Both the position numbers and the translations under genes were made by a program. Positions 1-6,306 of a stretch of 14,715 bases of DNA are shown piece after piece. The stretch comes from Candidatus Krumholzibacteriia bacterium. Its GTDB lineage: Bacteria > Krumholzibacteriota > Krumholzibacteriia > WVZY01. Numbering within the stretch: the stretch's first letter is position 1; every line of letters starts with the position of its first letter. Below the pieces are notes generated by a model. The model saw only the letters and a program-made list of their open reading frames with translations. It had not been told where the DNA came from and searched no databases. The stretch is from positions 1 to 14,715 of the forward strand of contig JAZGDW010000204.1 in NCBI GenBank assembly GCA_036478295.1, in the 5' to 3' direction.

Positions 1-250
1 CCACGCGCCCGTAATCGAAGGGATCGTCGACCACGGGCGTAAAAAAGTCCACGGTGAGCACCAGCGCGCGCTCGTCGTCGATACGATACACCCCGGCGTC
101 ATCCGCCCCGGCGTATCCGACCAGCAGATTGGGATCCACCTGGAGGGGGAACCCTTCGAGTATTTCACGCAAACCCGTTGCGTCGAATTTGGACGCTCAA
201 CCGGCGCAGGCCGCGTACTGGGTAAGTCTGATTTCCTTCCCTTTGCTCAC
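1..250 (-). CDS. selD: Selenide, water dikinase (selenophosphate synthetase), selenocysteine-containing; 5' part only, runs off the window's left edge
   Basis: GTG at 250-248 follows the SD AGGAGGT (263-257). Manual translation: [18 protein letters not shown](TGA 199-197)[76 protein letters not shown] and [12 protein letters not shown] are SelD hallmarks. The TGA sits at the catalytic Cys/Sec position, three residues before the conserved Lys. Confidence 0.96.
164..196 (-). promoter_or_regulatory. Candidate bacterial SECIS element of selD
   Basis: Directly 3' of the UGA the mRNA reads GCGUCCAAA-UUC-G-ACGCAA-CGGGU-UUGCGU-GAA. This gives a 6-bp stem (183-178 with 172-167) extended by UUC/GAA, and a 5-nt loop with G at position 2 that begins after a 19-nt spacer from the UGA. 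Confidence 0.7.
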
Positions 251-270
251 GGTTCCACCTCCTCTCGCGC

Positions 271-299
271 AGAATATGCTTTTCCCAAAATAACACCAA
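271..299 (-). promoter_or_regulatory. Possible internal sigma70-type promoter for selD
   Basis: TTGGTG (299-294), 17 bp, TATTCT (276-271), in an AT-rich patch of the 116-bp tusA-selD gap. Weak match. Confidence 0.3.
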
Positions 300-366
300 A
301 GCTGACTGCGACCAATGTGCAATTACGGCGAGTTGCGGCGCCCCGGCTCCGTTACCGCATCCCTCG

Positions 367-627
367 TCAACGATCCGCACCCCCGCCCCTGCCGCCCCCT
401 TTGCGAACGAAGTACCGGTACACGCCACCCTCGAGCGCGTGCGATTCGATCCGGTGCCCCTGGCTCTCGCACCACGCGGGCAGGTCGAATTCGATGGCCG
501 GGTCGTCCGATATCACCTCGATTACACCGCCTGCTACCAGATTCTTCATCGCTTCTGACGCCTTGATGATCGGGATGGGGCAGAAATGCCCCCGTGCGTC
601 GACCACAATGTTGGCGCTTGTACTCAC
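367..627 (-). CDS. tusA: TusA/SirA/YedF-family sulfur (or selenium) carrier protein, 86 aa
   Basis: VDARGHFCPIPIIKA contains the CPxP motif; also EVISDDP...DLPAWCE and the C-terminal YRYFVRK. The start is taken as GTG 627 (AGGA upstream, 8 nt after the previous stop) rather than 786, which lies inside the upstream gene. Confidence 0.9.
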   Translation of the reverse strand: MSTSANIVVDARGHFCPIPIIKASEAMKNLVAGGVIEVISDDPAIEFDLPAWCESQGHRIESHALEGGVYRYFVRKGGGRGGGADR

Positions 628-635
628 GGCTTGTC

Positions 636-1787
636 CTATGTCGCGCGCACGCCCAGACGGTTTCTGAGAGCCATGACGATGAACTTGAGCTTCAACCACG
701 GCGTGAACGGCTTGCCGAAGAAATCCGAGACCCACTGGGGGCGGGGGGACAGCAGTCGCGCGATGAATCGAAGGCGCTCCGGCCATCCATCCATTTCCAG
801 CAAGTAGAAGCGGAAGCGCTGGTTGCGCGGCTGCCGGCCGGCGAGGAGATCCTCATCGGTTGCCGGCCACAGGAAGAGAAAAAGGTTCTTGCGAATGATA
901 CCCGGAGATTTGAGTTGCATGATCGACGGGGCGAGCTTGAGCGTGCGAACGACGTGCTGCATGGTAAAGACCGCCGCAGCGTATGCCGACCGTGACCGCA
1001 GCCGTTCCCCCACGTACTCCCAGTTCAGCGCCGCACCGTGGCGCACGAGAATGAGGGCTATATCGACGGCGTGGATCAGCCGATCGAAATGCGACATGTT
1101 GTAGCTCATGCACGATTCTACGAGCTGGTCCTCCAGGGAGAGGCCCATGGGGCCGTCACTGCCCCCCAACCGCCCACCGTGACCCCAGCAGGCCTCGAGT
1201 GGGTCCGGGGTCCCCGGGTCGAACAGCCGGAATCTCACATGTAACGCATCACGCTTTTCGTTGTACAGAACACACGGGGAAAAGTACTGGTAATAACTCA
1301 TCGCTTCCCCGCCATCGGCAAACATCGGGGCGTTGTCCACGCGTGCGAAGCCCGCGGCAGCACAAACGCCGATGACGGTGGACCAGTCGTCCTCCCCGAT
1401 CAGGATCTCGAGTTTCTCCACGGGTCGCAGCGCCGGTGCCGGATAGACGGCGATCGGGTACAGGGCGTCTTTCATGAGCAGGGCCCGCGCGCCCGCCCTC
1501 TCCAGATCCGCCATCAGCGACTTCGCCGTCGCCAGAAGCTCGCCGCTGAGCTTCGCACTGGCGCCCGCGAGCGCCTTGATGCGCTCCCTCGTCAGACGCG
1601 AGATTTCCGGCCGCAGCGCCAGCTTTTCGAGGGACGCCAGCACGATGGGAGTCACCGAATGCCACTCGCAGAGCCACGTGAGTTCCTGCTCGAATTCCGT
1701 GGCGACATGGGCGGGGATTCCCGGAGGCGGTCCTTCACCGCGAACGAAGTGCGCCAGTGTATCGAGTATGAATTCCATCGCCCGCAA
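636..1787 (-). CDS. Nucleotidyltransferase-family (NTP_transf_5-like) protein with degenerate catalytic motifs
   Basis: The pattern GARALLMKDALYPIAVYPAPALRPVEKLEILI ... LSLEDQL ... HAVDIALIL ... LNWEYV follows the family layout (KG...YP...R..D.D ... L.PE ... DI ... DW). Start is TTG 1787 (GGAGG at 1798-1794) or ATG 1778. Confidence 0.7.
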   Translation of the reverse strand: MRAMEFILDTLAHFVRGEGPPPGIPAHVATEFEQELTWLCEWHSVTPIVLASLEKLALRPEISRLTRERIKALAGASAKLSGELLATAKSLMADLERAGARALLMKDALYPIAVYPAPALRPVEKLEILIGEDDWSTVIGVCAAAGFARVDNAPMFADGGEAMSYYQYFSPCVLYNEKRDALHVRFRLFDPGTPDPLEACWGHGGRLGGSDGPMGLSLEDQLVESCMSYNMSHFDRLIHAVDIALILVRHGAALNWEYVGERLRSRSAYAAAVFTMQHVVRTLKLAPSIMQLKSPGIIRKNLFLFLWPATDEDLLAGRQPRNQRFRFYLLEMDGWPERLRFIARLLSPRPQWVSDFFGKPFTPWLKLKFIVMALRNRLGVRAT

Positions 1788-1811
1788 GGTTCGCCTCCGC
1801 GCCAAACCGCC

Positions 1812-3617
1812 CTACGACACTCTCTTCTCCTGATCCTTGTACTGCAGCTCGTAGAGTTTCGAATAGTGGCCGCCCTGTGCCAGCAGTTCCCGGTGGGAGC
1901 CCTGCTCGACGAGGCAACCCTTGTGAATCACGATGATCCGGTCGACGTGCCGTATGGTGGACAGGCGGTGGGCAATGACAATGGACGTGCGGCCGGACAT
2001 GAACTTCTTCAACGCGTCCTGCACCAGGTATTCCGTATCCGTATCCACGCTGGATGTCGCCTCGTCGAGGACCAGGATCTTCGGTTCGTACACGAGCGCG
2101 CGGGCGAAGGACAGCAACTGCCGCTCGCCGACCGAAAGGGTTCTGCCGCGCTCACCCACGTGCTCCCCATAGCCGGCGGGCAGCTTTTCGATAAAACGAT
2201 TCGCATTGATGTAACTCGCCACTTCTTCCATTTTCTGCGTACTGATGGAGTCGTCGCCCAGATGAATGTTGTGAGCGATATCGCCCGAAAACAGAAAGAC
2301 GTCCTGCAGCACCGTGGCGATGTACCGGTGCAGATCCTGCTGCCGGTAGCGGCGGATGTCCACACCGTCGATGAGGATGCGACCCTTTTCGATATCGTAG
2401 TAACGGGACAAGAGGTTGATAATGGTGGTCTTGCCGGAACCGGTGTAGCCCACGATGGCGACCTTCTCGCCGGCTGCCACGGTGAAGCTGACGTCGTGCA
2501 GCACCTCTTCACCCGGGTTGTACGAGAAATGCACTCCCTCGAAAATCACTTCGGCGGGCCGATCGGGGATCGGCGCCGGCGAGGCCGGGTCGTTGATGCG
2601 AGGCGGCGTGTCCAGCAGACCGAAGATTCGTTCTGAAGACGCCATCGCCGACTGCAGCACGTTGTACTTTTCGCTGAGATCGCTGATCGGCCGGTAGAAG
2701 CGCTGCGCGTATTGCACGAACGCTACCAGCGATCCGAAGGTGATGGCCCCTTCGAGCACCCCCTTGCCCCCATACCACAGAATCAACGCGATGGCCACCG
2801 AGCTCAGGATCTCGATCGCCGGGTAGAATATCGCGTATGCCATGATGGTGCGAATATGCGCGTCGTAGAGCTTCTTGTTGCGGCCGCTGAATTGCCTGTA
2901 CTGCGCCTCTTCGCGGTTGAAAATCTGGACCACGCTCATCCCGGTAATGTTTTCCTGCAAGAAAGCGTTGATGGCGGCCACCCGTTTCCTCAGCTGGCGA
3001 TACGTCTTGCGCACGCTGGCGCGAAAAATCATCGCGGCCACGAAGAGAAAGGGCAATACCAGGAACGTGATCAGCGCGAGCTTCAGGTTCAGGTAGCAGA
3101 GAACGACCATGATGCCGGCCAGGGTGAACACATCGAGAAAAATCGCCACCACGCCCGAGGTGAACATTTCGTTCAACACTTCGACGTCGCTGGTCAGGCG
3201 GGTCATGAGCCGGCCCACCGGGTTCTTGTCGAAATACGCGACTTCCATTTTCTGCAGGTGCCTGAATATCTGCATCCGCAGGTCGTACATGACGCGCTGG
3301 CCCACGTAAGCCATCACGTAGATCTGCAGGTAACTGGTTGCGAACGCCAGCAGAAGGGCCACAAAGAACACCGCCACCACCTTCAACAAACCGCTGTACC
3401 TGGCGGCGGTATCCAGCGACCCGTCGGGCGTGATGTAACGGTCGATGGCGATCTTGGAGAGATACGGTGGCGCCAGCTGGAAGACCGCCAACAACAGGAG
3501 CAGGACGATGCTGACCACCACCAGCCCACGGTACGGTTTGAGATAGCCGAGGATGCGACGCATAAGCGTGCCGTCATAAGATCGATCGAGCACTTCATCG
3601 TCGTCAAAGAATTCCAC
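1812..3617 (-). CDS. ABC exporter half-transporter (TMD+NBD), MdlB/BmrD-like subunit
   Basis: Hydrophobic N-terminal TMD, Walker A GYTGSGKT, variant signature LSVGERQ, Walker B ILVLDE, H-loop IAHRLST. The SD GAGGAG lies in the end of the upstream gene. Confidence 0.95.
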   Translation of the reverse strand: MEFFDDDEVLDRSYDGTLMRRILGYLKPYRGLVVVSIVLLLLLAVFQLAPPYLSKIAIDRYITPDGSLDTAARYSGLLKVVAVFFVALLLAFATSYLQIYVMAYVGQRVMYDLRMQIFRHLQKMEVAYFDKNPVGRLMTRLTSDVEVLNEMFTSGVVAIFLDVFTLAGIMVVLCYLNLKLALITFLVLPFLFVAAMIFRASVRKTYRQLRKRVAAINAFLQENITGMSVVQIFNREEAQYRQFSGRNKKLYDAHIRTIMAYAIFYPAIEILSSVAIALILWYGGKGVLEGAITFGSLVAFVQYAQRFYRPISDLSEKYNVLQSAMASSERIFGLLDTPPRINDPASPAPIPDRPAEVIFEGVHFSYNPGEEVLHDVSFTVAAGEKVAIVGYTGSGKTTIINLLSRYYDIEKGRILIDGVDIRRYRQQDLHRYIATVLQDVFLFSGDIAHNIHLGDDSISTQKMEEVASYINANRFIEKLPAGYGEHVGERGRTLSVGERQLLSFARALVYEPKILVLDEATSSVDTDTEYLVQDALKKFMSGRTSIVIAHRLSTIRHVDRIIVIHKGCLVEQGSHRELLAQGGHYSKLYELQYKDQEKRVS

Positions 3618-3620
3618 CGG

Positions 3621-5408
3621 CTAGCTCCTCTCCAGGCTGTACATGATGTTCTGTTTCTGGAACATGTCCGCGTACAGGCCGCCTGCGGCCACCAGGTCGT
3701 CATGCGTGCCCTCTTCGACCAGGCGCCCCTCATCCAGCACCAGAATGCGATCCGCCTCTCTCACGGTCGAAATACGGTGTGAAATGAGGATGGAGGTCCT
3801 TTTCTTCATCTCCGCCCTCAGCGAGCGCAGTATGCGGTCCTCGGTGTCCGTGTCCACGCTGGACAGTGCATCGTCCATGATCAGGATCTGTGGATCCTTG
3901 GCGAGCGCGCGCGCAATGGCCAGCCGCTGTTTCTGGCCACCGGAGAGGTTGACGCCCCGTTCGCCGATCCACGTCTCGTATCCCGCGGGAAAGCCCTTGA
4001 TCTCGTCGTAGACGGCGGCCAGGCGACTGACCCGGTCGAGCTGCGCTTCGTCCAGCGACGACACACCAAAGGCCACATTCTCGGCGATGGTTTCCGAAAA
4101 CAAGAAAATGTCCTGTGGGATCAGACCAACCAGCGTGCGCAGTTCGCTGAGCGGGATGTCGCCCACCGGCACTCCACCGACCAGCACGCGGCCCCGCTGC
4201 GGCTCGTACAACCTGAGGATCAGCGAGACCAGGGTCGATTTGCCCGAGCCCGTCGGTCCGACGATAGCCACCGTTTCACCGTCGCCGATCGTGAAATCAA
4301 GATCCTTGAGGATATCGCCACGGTTGCCGCCGGCGTCGTACGAAAAGGAAACGTCTTCGAATGTGATGGATTGACCATCGGGCCGCGCTCCCGAACCCGA
4401 ACCCGGACCGCGGTCGACGACCTCCGGGCGTGTGGTCGTGACGGCGTTGATACGCTCCATCGACGCCAGTCCCCGTTCCATGATGTTCATCACCCACCCC
4501 AGCGCGATCATCGGCCAGACGAGCATGGCCAGGTAGCCGCTGAAGGCCACGAACGTGCCCAGGGTGATCACACCGTCGATGACCTGTTTGCCCCCGTAAC
4601 CCAGGATCAACAGGCCTCCGAGCCCCGCCACACTGGTCAGTAGCGGCGACAGCAGGCTCTGCACCCGGTAGAGCTTCATGTTGGTGCCAACGTACGTCTG
4701 GCTCATACGGTCGAATTCGTCTATTTCGTAATTCTCCCGTGCGTACGCTCGCACGACGCGGATGCCGCTCAGGTTTTCCTGCGCGCGTGAATTAAGACTC
4801 GCAAAGCGCGCCTGCACCTTTTCGAAATACCGGTGGATCAGTTTCATGCTGTAGTACATGCCCACGATAAGAATGCCCATGGGCATGAGGGCAACGACGG
4901 TGAGCTTCCATGACAAAACGACCATCAACGAGACCGCGAAGCTGCCCACGACTACCGTGTTAAGGGAATACATGACCCCCGGCCCGACCAGCGCCCTCAC
5001 CGCGTTGAGATCGTTGGTCGCCAGCGCCATCAAGTCGCCGGTGCGGTGCTTGTTGTAGAACGATGGGTTGAGGGTCTCGAGGTGGGCAAAAAACTCCCCT
5101 CGAACGTCATACTCGATGCTGCGTGAAACACCGATCATGATTCGTCGCATCAGAAAACGGAAGATGCCGCTGGCCACTGTTACCGCCACAAATGCCGCCG
5201 CGTAGAAGAGGAGCCGACTCAGGCTGAGGCCCTCCTCCAGCTCGTCGATCGTCAACTTGAGAATCCACGGGTTGAAGAGAAGCAGCAAGTTGGTGACCAC
5301 CAGGCACATGCCCCCAACGACGAGCCGCCGCTTGTAGCAGCCCAGATGGCGCCGGATCGTGGCGAACGCCTGCCTTCTCTTCATCTTCTTGAAATCGTTA
5401 CGGTCCAT
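3621..5408 (-). CDS. ABC exporter half-transporter (TMD+NBD), MdlA/BmrC-like subunit
   Basis: TMD, Walker A GPTGSGKS, signature LSGGQKQR, Walker B ILIMDD (catalytic Glu replaced by Asp), ISHRIST. SD AGAGGA precedes ATG 5408. Confidence 0.95.
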   Translation of the reverse strand: MDRNDFKKMKRRQAFATIRRHLGCYKRRLVVGGMCLVVTNLLLLFNPWILKLTIDELEEGLSLSRLLFYAAAFVAVTVASGIFRFLMRRIMIGVSRSIEYDVRGEFFAHLETLNPSFYNKHRTGDLMALATNDLNAVRALVGPGVMYSLNTVVVGSFAVSLMVVLSWKLTVVALMPMGILIVGMYYSMKLIHRYFEKVQARFASLNSRAQENLSGIRVVRAYARENYEIDEFDRMSQTYVGTNMKLYRVQSLLSPLLTSVAGLGGLLILGYGGKQVIDGVITLGTFVAFSGYLAMLVWPMIALGWVMNIMERGLASMERINAVTTTRPEVVDRGPGSGSGARPDGQSITFEDVSFSYDAGGNRGDILKDLDFTIGDGETVAIVGPTGSGKSTLVSLILRLYEPQRGRVLVGGVPVGDIPLSELRTLVGLIPQDIFLFSETIAENVAFGVSSLDEAQLDRVSRLAAVYDEIKGFPAGYETWIGERGVNLSGGQKQRLAIARALAKDPQILIMDDALSSVDTDTEDRILRSLRAEMKKRTSILISHRISTVREADRILVLDEGRLVEEGTHDDLVAAGGLYADMFQKQNIMYSLERS

Positions 5409-5420
5409 TGATCCTCTGCG

Positions 5421-5518
5421 GGGCGTCGGTTACATCGCCTGATCGCCCGCCGGACATGGTGCGTTGTGGCGTGCCTCGCCACCACCGAGACGGCAGGCAG
5501 GCGATGTAACCGACACCC
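5421..5518. repeat. Long inverted repeat / stem-loop in the ABC operon leader
   Basis: GTCGGTTACATCGCCTG (5425-5441) is the exact reverse complement of CAGGCGATGTAACCGAC (5498-5514). It extends to 21 bp with one G-U pair in the minus-strand RNA and encloses an inner hairpin GTGGCG-tgcct-CGCCAC. Confidence 0.9.
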
Positions 5519-5560
5519 TTTCGCTTTCCGCGGTTGTTTCCACCCACCTAAACAGGCTAG

Positions 5561-5589
5561 AATATAGAGAATGTGCCGGATAAGTTCAA
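5561..5589 (-). promoter_or_regulatory. Putative sigma70 promoter of the ABC-NTase-tusA(-selD) operon
   Basis: TTGAAC (5589-5584), 17 bp, TATATT (5566-5561). It overlaps a plus-strand TAGAAT (5558-5563) that may serve the HD gene. Confidence 0.5.
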
Positions 5590-5617
5590 TTTCGAACCCG
5601 GAGAACAGGAGGGCCGC

Positions 5618-6178
5618 TTGAAAATACCGGATCGGGAACAAGCTCTCGACTTGCTCCAGGAATACACAAAGAACGACAACTTGATAAAGCACGCGCTGTC
5701 CGTCGAAGCCGCAATGCGCCATTACGCCAAACACTTTGGTGAGGACGAATCCTTGTGGGGTGTGGTGGGGCTGCTGCACGATTTCGACTACGAGAAGTAT
5801 CCTTCGCTGGACGATCACCCCTTTCAGGGAGTAGAGATCCTGCGTTCGCGCGGCTACGACGAACTGCTGGTGCGGGCGATTCTCTCGCATGCCAACCACA
5901 CGAACGTCCCCCGTGAGTCCTTACTCGAAAAGACGCTCTTCTCCGTCGATGAGCTGTGCGGCCTGATCACGGCCGTTGCGCTCGTCAGGCCTAGCAAGCG
6001 TATCGCAGACGTGGAAGTAAGATCGGTAAAGAAGAAAATGAAAGACAAGGGGTTCGCCCGCTCCGTCAACCGCGACGACATCCGGCAAGGTCCGGAAGCG
6101 CTGGGCATCGAGCTCGATACCCACATCGCCCAGGTGCTCGAAGCGATGCGGGGTGTCGCAGCCGAGCTCGGACTGTAG
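5618..6178 (+). CDS. HD/HDIG-domain metal-dependent phosphohydrolase
   Basis: Motifs LIKHALSV, GLLHDFDYE, H-P, AILSHA and LFSVDELCGLI. Start taken as TTG 5618, behind the SD AGGAGG. Confidence 0.9.
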   Translation: MKIPDREQALDLLQEYTKNDNLIKHALSVEAAMRHYAKHFGEDESLWGVVGLLHDFDYEKYPSLDDHPFQGVEILRSRGYDELLVRAILSHANHTNVPRESLLEKTLFSVDELCGLITAVALVRPSKRIADVEVRSVKKKMKDKGFARSVNRDDIRQGPEALGIELDTHIAQVLEAMRGVAAELGL

Positions 6179-6238
6179 GCGGGCGTTTAGCCAAGGCGCG
6201 CCCTGCTTCCGCGGTGCCATAACAGCCAACTCGCCACT

Positions 6239-6289
6239 TAATAACAGGTTACGCAGTTGCTTTTTCCCGGTCACTGGTATGGATGTTGC
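6239..6289 (+). promoter_or_regulatory. Putative sigma54 (-24/-12) promoter with upstream IHF-like site
   Basis: TGGTAT-GGATG-TTGC (6275-6289) has GG-N10-GC spacing. TAATAACAGGTTA (6239-6251) has two mismatches to WATCAANNNNTTR and lies at about -62 to -50. Confidence 0.55.
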
Positions 6290-6306
6290 GTCCTATGCCG
6301 GCTGCA

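Noticed and set aside
352..369. Possible Sec read-through of the tusA TGA stop
   Set aside because: It would add only RGMR before a TAA, the domain is already complete, and no Cys is expected at that position.
628..786. N-terminal extension of TusA in the ORF track
   Set aside because: It overlaps the NTase gene in another frame. GTG 627 has an SD and gives a typical TusA size.
1659..3782. Long plus-strand ORFs 1659-2636 and 2712-3782, and similar antisense ORFs elsewhere (5381-5899, 6490-7314, 10199-10744)
   Set aside because: Antisense shadows of well-supported GC-rich genes, with no recognisable motifs.
636..5408. Lasso-peptide/RiPP cluster suggested by an NTP_transf_5 protein plus ABC exporters
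   Set aside because: No precursor peptide, PqqD/RRE, B2 protease, lasso cyclase or kinase is visible in the window.
5421..5518. SRP (4.5S) RNA or tRNA-Sec as the identity of the long hairpin
   Set aside because: It lacks the SRP CAGG...GGAA...AGCA core and has no cloverleaf, UCA anticodon loop or T-loop.
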